From assembly GCF_006345805.1 (NCBI RefSeq), contig NC_042997.1:9920001-9984000 (forward strand): a stretch of 64,000 nt of DNA. The letters are read 5' to 3'. Source of the stretch: Octopus sinensis (lineage: Eukaryota). Both the position numbers and the translations under genes were made by a program. The notes under the pieces are model-generated. The model was given only the letters and a program-made list of their open reading frames with translations, ran no database searches and was not told the DNA's origin. Shown in pieces: positions 41,502 through 54,179 of the stretch (positions within the stretch are counted from its first letter, which is position 1; each line of letters begins with the position of its first letter).

Positions 41502-42214
41502 AATACTAACTCTATTTTTTTCTATTCAGTGGGGTAAATAACCACAAAGGTTCTGACAGGTGCAATAATATTTTTATAAACTCTTTCTGTTTTCCATGTA
41601 AGGACATTTTTTCTCCGGCAGATCTACTAATTTTAGTTGTTAGAGTCACATACTAGATATTCGGTGGGGGTTATGGTGAAAATAAGCGGACCAACAATGA
41701 AAGTATAAACGTTGATTCATCTGACCAGGATGCTAACATGCTGTCTGTTGAATCTTTTGTTATAGAATTTAGAAACTAATGACTACTTCAAAGTTTCATA
41801 TAGAATTTTAGTTGTTTTACATATGAAGAGGAAGTTATCAGAGACGACGAGACACTATTATGATATTCTTAACAAACATATAAGTGTCTGTGAAACCAAC
41901 ACAATGAAAATCTTTTATAGCATTACTCATATTGAACATAATTACCCAAAACAAGCAGTTCATATCAAATTTAGAAATAATCGTACTGCTGTTCTCAAAT
42001 GTCTATATATCTATCTACTTAAATGCTGAAGCTATTTAATATAATCAATGATGATTTATTAATTTTGATACATTCTAACGACACAATTTTCTATATATAG
42101 ATTCAAGCAAAGTTAGAGCTTTACTCTATTAACAACGTAAAATTCAATTTTAAGCAATTTTTATGGTTCAGTTTGCATTTTTATTTATTCAAGGCAATAA
42201 CAATACTAATAACA

Positions 42215-42261
42215 ATAGCAATAGTGATAATAATAATAATAATAATAATATAATAATAATA

Positions 42262-42295
<34 letters not shown>
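42215..42295. repeat. (TAA)n microsatellite
   Basis: Direct reading. Confidence 0.95.
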
Positions 42296-43360
42296 GGTTT
42301 TCCAATAATACATTTGGAATAATAATATACTGCGGTTTAATGGCCCAAAGAGAGTGTGTAACAATAATCAGACAATGGCAATTTTTGTGGTTCTTTGTGT
42401 ATTACATATAAATTTTAATACTTATATGTCCATAGAAATTGAAAGTAGAACTATTAGTATTATTATTATTATTATCATTATTGTTATTAATAATAATAAT
42501 ATAATAATAATAATCTCTTTACATACACAAATAGAGCCTTGATTCACACTGTCAAGACCATTTAATCATCCAGCAAGAATGCCTCACTGGTGTAGTTTAG
42601 AGTATTTTCATATTCAACTAAACAATCTAAATAATGTGAGCAGATATGAAATGCAATGTCTTTGATGAGCAGTTCTGTGTTCCATAATGTTGACACACAT
42701 CACTGAATTAATTAAATCATTGCAAGATTTCAATACATAAGAGACAGCACTTATTTCTTTCGCTGTCTAATAGATTGGTGAGTTATTCTATTAATACAAC
42801 AACGAATTCATCATAAGTTTCAGAACCCTTTATGCAGATAATACAAATGATATTACTTTTATAAATTCTTCCTCGAGTTTTATATTTCTGTTTTGAATTG
42901 CTAAATTCGGAAATCACTTGGAATTGCCCTTTTTATTATAATGGGACATTGGCTTATTCTGAATCTGAATGCCAGTTGTAAATGTGCCAAATCTTTCCTT
43001 TATGTGCAGGAATCAGCTAAAAGATTTGGTTTGAATTCATAGTTGATCGTTTAAGTAAAATACAGACTGACACAATATACATATATCTCCAGTGGAAAAA
43101 TTTGAAGATATAACAAATTTAGTTTTGACTATAGTATGTAGACATGGTTCTATCACAGTCTGTTGCTGTTATTTACTGCTTTTTCTTGGCTCTCGATAAA
43201 TGAAAAGCAAGTTGATCAAGGTAAAATTTGAACCGATAATCAAAATATCTAAACTTAATATTGTAAATCATTTGGTTTTATGGTCAGTGAGTCATGGATC
43301 TAGTTAATGTGTGAAATGTAATATTTTCTGACATAGGCACGAAACCAGAAATGTGGATTG

Positions 43361-44055
43361 TTAAGTTAAGTTAAGTTAATTTTTTGGCTCAAAAGGCAAA
43401 AAGCAAGGCCATGTAGGGGGACATAGAGTTATGTACAAGGAGGGTGTTCATGCAAAGAGTTCAGGCCATTTCTGGTCGAGAGAGACTTTGAACCGAGCGG
43501 TCGTCGGCATCTTCACTATCTCGTCCGGCAGCTTATTCCACGGATCCGCAACCCGGACGGAGAAAGCCCCTCTCCTTCGACTGAGATGAAATCGTCGCAG
43601 ATAGAGCTTTTCGGAGTGACCCCGCAGCCGACGCTCTGGAGCAGGAGTGAAGAACAGCTCTTACGAGAGGTTACACTTTCCGCTTATGATGTTGTGAGCG
43701 AGAATGAGATCATCACGGCGTCGTCGTGTTTCAAGAGAATAAGGGTCGAGCGTCTTCAGCCTTTCTTCATAAGACAAATGCTTGAGACCAAGAACCATGC
43801 GGGTAGCCAGCTTCTGGACTCTTTCGAGATGATGTATGTCTTTGAGGAGATAAGGAGAAGAGGCTTGAATTTCGTACTCCAATATAGGTCTCACCAGCGT
43901 GACATAGAGCGGTAGGAATATGGTTGCTGTGAGCATTCCGAATGACCGTCGAATCAAAAACAGAACTCCGCGTGTTTTGTTGGCAGCATGGACGCACTGG
44001 GCCGTAGGCGAAAAGGAAGAATCCACCAAGATACCAAGGTCCAAGATACCCAGGA
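43361..44055 (-). mobile_element. 5'-truncated CR1 LINE, relatively young
   Basis: DLGILVDSSFSP..LYVTLVRPILEY..LERVQKLATRMV..RRRDDLI..AFSVRVADPWNKLP; (TTAAC)n tail. Confidence 0.93.
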
Positions 44056-46809
44056 TTGTGTACATAGTACTCGATTATATCTACCCCAGTACATTACTGC
44101 TACTTCATCTATCAACTCTGAGAAAATGAAGGCCAAAATTGAAATTGCAACGTTGATATCAGTAAGATTGGAAACTCCCAATCTGTTATCAATCATAATT
44201 TGAAGAGACGTGTGTAAGTGGGGTGTACACGAATGTGTATTCAATCACAGCAAAGAGGAAGGGTCAGAAGAAGAACAAAGATGGAATTTGACGGATAACT
44301 AGGAGAAGGGGAGAAGTAATGTAGATAAAGAGAAATAGAGTGATAACAGCTACAAAGCGACAAAGGATGAATGAAAAAAAGTAAGCAAAATAGAAAGGAA
44401 CAAAAGCGAGACACTCCACTAAGGGAAAGAGATAAATAAAAAAGATACAGAAAGGTTAAATGCTGCAAATCACACGCCCAGACTCATATACATACATAAA
44501 TACATACATAGATACATACACATACACAGACACACAAACACATATGCGTATACAAGAGAGAGAGAGAGAGATACACAGACAGACAGTCAGAGAGATAGAC
44601 AGATAGACAGACAGACCAGACTGACGGACAGAGGGAGATGCAGAAAACAGAAATAGAGAAACACTTTTTACAAAGTAAGAGAGAACTATAAGAGAAGGGA
44701 GTGGGTATCTGAATTCGTCTATGTATGTATATGAGTGTGTACTTGTATGTCTATTTCTGTGTACGGTTGTGTGTCTGTCTGTGCGCGTATTTGTGTACGT
44801 GTTTCTATCAAAACATTAACATTCGCTTAATATAAATATTGGCGACGAAATAGAAAAAAAATATTAATTATTGGCACAACACATAATGAATTTATTGATA
44901 TCTTTTGACTAGGCACACGGTTGATTTTTCCTCAGGGTGTCATATAGCTGATTGAATCAATCTCAGTATGTTACACCTACTTATTTTGTCAATCACACAA
45001 CGATGAAGTGTAGCAGTAGTCATGGCATGGTTTAAAGATAAAACGCAAAGAAATTAAAGGGGTTGATGTCATATAGCCTAACCCTTAACGTTTTCCAGAC
45101 TGGCTGCCACGATGTTATAATTACTATTCTTCACTTTCAGGTGAACTTTAATGAGAAAAGATACATTTACGGCATGTTGTGTGGGGGTTCAGTTTATTCG
45201 ATCTCCCTCTTTCTCTCTCTCACTCTCCTCTCCTCTCTCTTTCTCTTTCTCCCTCTCTTTCTCCCTCTCTTCTCCCTCTCCCTTCCGCCACTCTCTCTTT
45301 TTCACTCCCCCTCTCTCTTTCTCTCTTTATCTCTCTCTCTCTTCCTATGAGTTTAATATCTCGCCCGGGTCAAATTTGACTTTTATCTTTCCGAAATTGA
45401 TTAGAGAACCTATATGAAATAAATCCACCTATAGATTGTCAATTCAAGAGTACTTGAGAGAGGATTCTTCGGTCTAGCACTTCCGACTAAAATTTAGTGC
45501 AAATGCTTGTATCGAAGTCCATTCTGAAGATATTCTTGTATCGTAGTCCATTCTGATGCTGTAGTTTCTCGAGCATAAAACTCACTTCCTCAACGAAAAT
45601 TGCATTTACTTTGCACTACAAGCTTCAGCCTTCAATTCGTGACAAATTTAATAATGAAAGGTGCAATAACCAGAATATATGATAAACTTAAATGAGATAT
45701 CTAAAATAGAATTCTTATTTTCAAAAATATATGTTGATCACAAAAACTGATCTTATAGTTGTTAACAACACCAAGTATTTTCCTTTCTCTTAACCAGCTT
45801 TTATCTTCAACTGATAAGCGTGTTAATTAGTAGCAAATTATATTAATGAACTATATGTTATATTTAGAACTTATATCACAGGAGTGCAGATAATTGTGTC
45901 TTGGCTGTAGACCCAGTATATGGAGAAGTTACGAACTGTGGTGTTGAAATTTCAATGTGTTATCGACTTGGTTAATTGAAGTTATGCACTTTGAAATCTC
46001 TAGCTTCGCGATTTGTCTGATCAATCTCCTTGTTTAAACTGGAAACTGTAAGGTCAATTTAATCTCGTAATTTTACCAGTGTAAACAGCGTGGATATATC
46101 AGCATGAATACAACTTGTATTCGCACGTGTTGACAAGATCAACTATAAAAACAGAGATTAAAAGCACATCAGGCATTGACCCTTTTGGGCCTGATTCACA
46201 CATACATCAACGGGTGACAAATCAAAGAACTGATTTGAAAGGTTGGCTTTAATGGATCTCCTGTTTAAGTTGTAGTCACGTTAACATCTCTATAAAAGGT
46301 TGAAGAATATTTTCATAACTGGCGTTAACTACGGCTAATTTGAATGGTGGATTAATTCTTTAACACTCCTTTACGCTTGCGAATAATCCTTTCATTTTAC
46401 TACACTGGATTTCTCAACAATAACTTCTCACCACATCTCGAAACCAATACCTACCCCACTGCAACTTCTACATCACCTCTAAACAACATGTTGAGCGCAC
46501 TCACTTATAACTAGATTACATCAGAATTTCTCGTAAGCTGATAGCCTTCCTTTACATACTAAAGCCATATCGAAATACTTTCCTTGCACATTTCCTTATG
46601 TACGGATATTGCGAAAATTTTAATGTCGATTACGCTACCACTCTTACTAAAAGCTACCATCGCCTTCATAAATACACATACGCTTAAAGCAACCATTTAC
46701 AATTAGAGTACACGCGTACGCTTTTATAATCAAATCAATTTGTTAATAACATGCTATGTTGTTAGAACTTGGTTTCAATACTAACGCACAAAAGATTCCT
46801 GTATATTAT

Positions 46810-46812
46810 GAT

Positions 46813-46872
<60 letters not shown>

Positions 46873-47180
46873 TATATATACATATATATGTATGTATAAA
46901 AGTATGTACGCATGTACATATATATATATATACATATATACATACATACATATACATACATACATACATATATACATACATATATACATACATACATACA
47001 TATAACATACATACATACATACATAATACATACATACATACATTACATACATATACATACATACATACATATATACATATATACATACTACATACATATA
47101 TACATATATACATACATACATACATATATATATACATACATACATACATATATATATATATCTATACATACATACATACA

Positions 47181-47250
<70 letters not shown>

Positions 47251-47330
47251 CATACATACATATATACATACATATATACATACATACATATGTGTATATA
47301 TATATATTTATACATATATATATGTATATA
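46810..47330. repeat. (TA)n/(CATA)n compound microsatellite
   Basis: Direct reading. Confidence 0.95.
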
Positions 47331-48180
47331 AACGTATGTACGCATGTATGTATGAATATATGCAGATATGTCTATATTGTTTTATGTATGTATGCTCATG
47401 CATATAGTTGCATATCTAGATATGTACAAATATATTTAAATGATAAACTTCTGGAAACTTTTACAGATTTCTACAGTTCAAGTGTTGGAGTAAATCTGTA
47501 GTTTTCGAATTAGCCTTCTCCTTTCTGGCTTTGATAAACCTATGCATGTATGTGTGTATGTATGTATGTATGTATGTTTGTATGTATGTGAACGTGTATA
47601 TGTGCATATTTGATTTCTCTTAATGTATAAACTTAACAATATTACCTCTTGCAGCCAAAGAGATTACAATGTATAAGTTTAAAACAGTGGTTCATAATCT
47701 GGACAGCATATCACACTTGCGGGCGTTGGGAGCTCACACATTGGCAGCAAATATCAAAGTGATGTTGTAGGGAGTGCTAGCAATATAGAAGGTTGCGATT
47801 TTTCTGACAAAAGATATTATATTTTTGGTACTTATATTTTGAGCTTTTTTTTAATTATCTTAGTTGAGATTAGAGTGAGCAGAAATGTAGCAAATGAGGT
47901 GCGTTATTTGGTAATTTCTATAAAAAATTAACATGGAGGCATTTATCCATATAAATATCTAAAAGAGGAAACATTTACTATTAAAACGACCCTTTTTCAA
48001 AACATTGGGGTTGACGTAGGTAAAACCTCATTTACTTCAAGAAATTGGTGAGGATTGCTACGTAACTAAGCGATTCGACAAAAATAATTATTAGCATAGG
48101 TGCTAAAATTAAAATATGTATTGTAGTTGAATATTTTCAGTGCCCAAATAAAGCCTTTGTCCAATATTAGTGAAACGTTG

Positions 48181-49410
48181 CCACCGGCACAGACGTCAGT
48201 CAGACGGGCATGGCATCGATCACGTTCGGATAGTACTTTTTACGCACCACCGGCACGGGGGGTGGTCAGGGGGTACTGGCATCAGCCACGTTCGGATAGC
48301 GCTTTTTATGTGCCACAGGCACGAGAGTCAGTCAGGCGGACATGGAATCGGTCACGTTTGGATGGTGCTTTTTATGTACCACTGGCACGGGAGTCAGTCA
48401 GGGGGCACTGGCCAAAGCTACAATATTGGTTTTACTTGACTCAACAGGTCTTCACGGCTGCGATCTCACTTTATTTGCCGGGTCTTCTCAATCACAGCAT
48501 ATCTTCAAAGGTTTCGGTCTCCTGTTATTATTTCTGTGAGGTCCAATGTTCAAAGGTCATGCTTCACTGCTACATCTTATGTCTTCCTGAGTCTACCTCT
48601 TCCACGGGTTCCTTCCATAGTTAGGGAGTGTCATTTCCTCACGCAGCTGTCCTCATCCACACGTAACACATGACCATACCAGCGCAGTCGTCTCTCTTGC
48701 ACACTTCATTGACGATTCTTATGCCCAACTTTTCTCTCAGGGCGCTTACAATCTCTCGTGTATGCACACTGATATTACACATCCAGAGGATCATACTAGC
48801 TTCATTTCTTTCCAGCCTACACATGTCCTCAGCATTCATGGCCCATGTTTCACTGCCGTGTAGGATGGCAGTTTGCATATATGCATCATATATATTTCTT
48901 TACTACCCACAAGGGGCTAAACACAGAGAGGACAAACAAGGACAGACAAAGGGATTAAGTCGATTACATCGACTCCAGTGCGTAACTGGTACTTAATTTA
49001 TCGACCCCGAAAGGATGAAAGGCAAAGTCGACCTCGGCGGAATTTGAACGTAACGGCAGACGAAATACGGCTCCGCATTTCGCCCGGCATGCTAACGTTT
49101 CTGCCAGTTCGCCGCCTTGCATCATATGCATCATATAGCCTACTATTCATCCTGAGTGAGAGACACTTAGTTGCCAGCTGAGGTAGGAGCTCCCTAAACT
49201 TTGCCCAGGCTATTCTTACTCTAGTCGCTACACTCTCAGAGCAACCACCACCACTACAGACTTGGTCGGCTTGGTAGCGGAACCTATTAACAACTTCTAG
49301 TTTCTCCCGATTGGGGTTATTTATCGCCCCTGTGCATCTGCCACATGTAAAAACTATTTCCCTGGTTAATCTTCCTTTGATATTGCTGCACCTTTCATGT
49401 GTCCATAGTT
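48181..49410 (-). mobile_element. RTE LINE 3' part with a 66-bp tandem array in the 3' region, interrupted by a SINE
   Basis: KLEVVNRFRY..RVRIAWAKFRELLP..RLYDAYMQTAILHGSETW..LRWYGHV; tandem units start at 48181, 48247, 48313 and 48379. Confidence 0.9.
48892..49118 (-). mobile_element. SINE family C nested in the RTE, with TSD
   Basis: ATGCATCATAT at 48881-48891 and 49126-49136. Confidence 0.92.
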
Positions 49411-49500
49411 TATATATATATATATTATATATATATATATACTGTTATTTATTAGGAAATAAAAATTCTGTTGTCTCATGATGATTGGGTTGCAGTTAAG

Positions 49501-49544
49501 GCATGTTTCTGAAAAGGACTGAAGGTCTCGAGAACGTTAAATGC
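49501..49544 (+). ncRNA. Decayed hammerhead-like motif
   Basis: CTGAAAA-GGACT GAA GGTC(T)C-GAGA-ACGTT-A-AATGC; palindromic AACGTT stem III; core carries mutations. Confidence 0.3.
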
Positions 49545-49666
49545 ATCTCACGAAACACGTGTAGAAGAGAAATTTGAAACTGAAATAGTATTAAAATAAT
49601 ATTCTATGATATGGTGTGATGTATATTAAAATTTGATGAATTGCATGCGGACTTCTATCTCTAAAT

Positions 49667-49707
<41 letters not shown>

Positions 49708-49904
49708 CTCAATGTAGGATAACATTTTTTTCGGGAAAAAAATTTTATCAATGGCCAGCATATCAAAAAGTACCTTTAAAAGTTAAATTTATAAATAATT
49801 TACAAAATAAGGGCAAAAGAAAAATTCTAATGCCAAATATGCAGAAAAAAAGACAAAATTTTTGTCATTTTTCGGCATATTTGGCATTATAATTTATCTT
49901 GTAA

Positions 49905-49959
<55 letters not shown>

Positions 49960-51202
49960 ACATACAGAGATACATTCATACATATATATGTGTGTGTATC
50001 ACTACAATATACATGATTGTGTTTTAATATTCATATATATACATATACATACACACATACATGCATACATACATACATACATACATACACACACACTCAT
50101 ACATACACACATACATGCATACATGCATACATACATACACACACTTACATACATACATACATTCATACATACATACATACATACATATAGGAACATACTC
50201 TTTTTTCACACACATTGCAGTATAAAGTAAGATTCAGGATGCACTTGTAGTCTTTAGAAAGATTTATTTACATTTACTTAACCGCTTTCCAAGATAAATA
50301 CAGAATAACTCCATATCCTCCTCTCTGACAACAATTTTGAATATCGCAAAATTGTGAAACTGCTTAAGTAAATGTAAACAAAGTTTTTTAAAGCCTCCAA
50401 GTGCATTTTCAATTTTTCCTTTCAATATACCTGCATACACACAGAGACATACGCACACACGCATGCACACATATATACATATACACATACATACACAATT
50501 ATATACCTATATAGTTATGTGTGTGTGTGTATATAATGTTAAATAGGGGCATATAAATTCTAATACATATGTCAATAAATCATCATATACTGAAACACAC
50601 AACACATGTGCACAACACATGCTAAGATTTCTAAATAGTAATTAATTATTTTGCAAATATTCAATAAGAGACAATACGAGGTTATTATAGAAGATAACAG
50701 AAGATAAACTGAATCTTGTTAAGATTGAGTCAGTACTTGATTTATCTATTTCTCTCAAGAAGCAAAATTATCTGTTTTTCCACAGAGATGACCAAATTGT
50801 TCAACTTGTAATCCATCAATTAGTACATTAATTTCAATCTCCATTATGTGAATTATGACAGGTTAAATACTCGGCCAAAGATAATCTATTCTCTTACTGA
50901 TAAACACATTTGAATAAAATCGTGAACATACGACATTCAAATAAAATGTCTATTTGCACAATCTTTTCAGAGAGGTTTTAGTAGATTCTGTGACAGCGAA
51001 AGAAAAACAGCGTTTCTTTTTAGGCGAGCGGAAACAAATTGGTTGTGTATAGTATAAAAAAAAAAGAAATACTAAATTTAGAATACTCGACTTGAGGTTT
51101 AAATATCAAGTGACTGTGTGCATATGTAAATACGAACAACACATACAAATACTCACACACACATAAATATACATACACACACACACACACACACCATATA
51201 TA

Positions 51203-51251
<49 letters not shown>

Positions 51252-51318
51252 TACATATATATATATATATGAAAAAAACAAGTCAAGATAGAAAATGCTA
51301 AAATAATTTTATAAAGAG

Positions 51319-51366
51319 CATTTCAGTACCGGTTTCGGTCATTTTGAGAACTTTTCAACTGTAACG
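51319..51366 (-). ncRNA. Minimal type-I hammerhead ribozyme (U3-A8 variant), best copy
   Basis: CGTTACAG-TTGAAAA-GTTC TCAAAAT GACC-GAAA-CCGGT-A-CTGAAATG: stem I 7/8 pairs, stem II 3/4, GUA cleavage triplet. Confidence 0.7.
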
Positions 51367-51498
51367 ATTAAATAATTAAATTTAGAAAAATTAAAAGAAA
51401 ATTTTTTTTTAAAGGAATATTTGTATAGTGTTCAAATATAAGTGGCATTCTATATATATATATATATATATAATATATATATATATATATACATACAT

Positions 51499-51541
<43 letters not shown>

Positions 51542-51630
51542 TATATATACACATATATATATATACATATATATATATACATACATACATATATATACAC
51601 ACATATATATATACGCATATATATACATAC

Positions 51631-51680
<50 letters not shown>

Positions 51681-52300
51681 AACCAGGTTTTTCACGCTGA
51701 CTACTCGATAAATTCTTATGAAGATTTCATCCTATCTTTAAATTATATATATATATACTTTTATACAAATATATATGTGTGTGTATCTATAAATTTACGT
51801 AATATGCGCGTATTTATACGTTGTTGACCGATTGTATTCATACGTATCTGCTTGTATATTTATACGATCATGTATATGCGTAGGCATGTGTGTGCGCGTG
51901 TGTTAAAACGTATGCATGCACTTAACTTATAGAAGTAGTTTCGATAATCTCTCACAGATTTGTAAACTTTTTTTCACCTTTTTCTTTCTAATTTCTAATT
52001 TCACCTTAGTGTTATAGAATATACAATTCTAACCCGGTCATAATATGCATAGGTTTTTGCTTAGGTGCGGACGGTTCTACAAGCAAAACGAAAATGAAAC
52101 TATTCTCTTTAGAAATCAATATGGAAAATTTTAATTTTTCTTTTCTCCTGAATGCCATTTTTCTTTTCATTTCTTTATGTTGCTTTCAATATTTTGAAGT
52201 TAATTTTATATTCTATCAATTTTTCAACGTATATCTCTCACAGGTGATATTTCCATACTTTGAGACTTCTTCTGGAAAATGAAATATATATACATATATG

Positions 52301-52331
<31 letters not shown>

Positions 52332-52691
52332 ATTCCTTCCAGTGATAAGTTTCACAAATATTCTTACCAATTAGATTAACTTATATCTTAAAATGGATTT
52401 TATTTTCAGTTGATATATTATTCACCTATATATTATTCATATATTTTCTGGAGAAATATAATAATGATATATATAGAGAGAGAGAAGGAGAGAGAGAGGG
52501 GGGGGAGACGTAGACATGTAAAGAAAAATAAACAACTGTATAATTTAAAATTTCCACTGAAATCGAATATATTTTTCATAAGCTGCCAATATTTTGCGAA
52601 AGGCATGACTAGAGGAAGTTACTGTTTCCTTCCAAATAAAACAAATATACGAAATACAAAGTTGCACTATTAGAAATATAGTATTAAATCT

Positions 52692-53077
52692 GGAGGCGCA
52701 ATGGCCCAGTGGGTAGGGCAGCGGACTCGCGGTCATAGGATCGAGGTTTCGATTCCCAGACCGGGCGTTGTGAGTGTTTATTGAGCGAAAACACCTAAAG
52801 CTCCACGAGGCTCCGGCAGGGGATGGTGGTGATCCCTGCTGTACTCTTTCACCACAACTTTCTCTCACTCTTACTTCCTTTTTCTGTTGTACCTGTATTT
52901 CAAAGGGCCGGCCTTGTCACTCTCTGTGTCACGCTGAATATCCCCGAGAACTTCGTTAAGGGTACACGTGTCTGTGGAGTGCTCAGCCACTTACACGTTA
53001 ATTTCACGAGCAGGCTGTTCCGTTGATTCGGATCAACCGGAACCCTCGTCGTCGTAACCGACGGAGTACTTCCACAC
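52692..53077 (+). mobile_element. SINE family B, tail type 3, full length with 12-bp TSD
   Basis: AGTATTAAATCT at 52680-52691 and 53078-53089. Confidence 0.95.
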
Positions 53078-53121
53078 AGTATTAAATCTTGTATGTATAC
53101 ATACACACACAGATATATATA

Positions 53122-53193
<72 letters not shown>

Positions 53194-53239
53194 GCGGCTG
53201 ACGCCCCCAGGCGAGATCTGAGTTAGTCCACTACGAATA

Positions 53240-53821
53240 TTTTTTTTTCTACTCTAGGCACAAGGCCCGAAATTTTTGTGGAGGGCCACTCGATTAGATT
53301 GACCCCAGTACGCAACTGGTACTTAATTTATCGACCATGAATGAATGGAAGGCAAAGTCAACCTCGGCGGAATTTGAACTCGGAACGTAATGACAGACAA
53401 AATACCTATTTCTTTACTACCCACAGGGGGCTAAACACAAACAAGACAAACAAGGATAGACAGACGGATTAAATCGATTACATCGACCCCAGTGCGTAAC
53501 TGGTACTTATTTAATCGACACCGATAGGATGAAAGGCAAAATCAACTTCGGCGGAATTTGAACTCAGAACGTAATGACAGACGAAATACCTATTTCTTTA
53601 CTACCCAAAGGGCTAAACGCAGAGGGGACAAACATAGATAGACGAACAGATTAAGTCGATTATATCGACACCAGTGCATAACTGGTACTTAAGTTATCGA
53701 CCCCGAAAAGATGAAAGGGAAAGTCGACCTCGGCGGAATTTGAACTCAGAACGTAACGGCAGACGAAAAACCTGTAAGCATTTGCCCGGCGTGCTAATGT
53801 TTCTGCCAGCTCGCCGCCTTT
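53240..53821 (-). mobile_element. SINE family C head-to-tail trimer with a single TSD
   Basis: Junctions at 53408/53409 and 53592/53593; ACTACGAATA at 53230-53239 and 53822-53831. Confidence 0.92.
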
Positions 53822-54179
53822 ACTACGAATAAATAGTGAACTGACACATTCAGTAGTGTCGGTCGGTGAAAGGTGAATAGTGTTGTGCGAGCGGCAAGTT
53901 CATTAGAACGAGAAGTTGTGTTTTGTTGATTTTCCATTTCAAAGGTATTGTTGAATTGTTGTTTGAATTGTTTACCTTGTTTAACTGTAGCTTCCTTGGC
54001 AGGTGTTGTTTTCTAACTTGTATTCCTTCTCCATACGGAGTGGAGTGGGGGGATTATAATATTTACGATATATATGAATTATGGCCTGTTTTGCACAATC
54101 TTTATTGAACTGTGTTCATTCCCCAGACAGGGAAAGGATTTGAACTGTTTATTGTTGCTTTTCTCTTACGAGAGAAAAG

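Noticed and set aside
45506-45556. 22-bp direct repeat with a 7-bp spacer
   Set aside because: Two copies only; ordinary duplication
46215-46255. Cluster of Meis, Pbx, TCF and Hox-like motifs
   Set aside because: Short AT-rich motifs are expected by chance without conservation data
48127-48624. 165-aa ORF with a 22-aa repeat
   Set aside because: Antisense read-through of the 66-bp array and RTE tail
51925-51966. Possible second hammerhead in tandem with 51319 (minus strand)
   Set aside because: Core CTGTGA is incomplete and stems I and III do not pair
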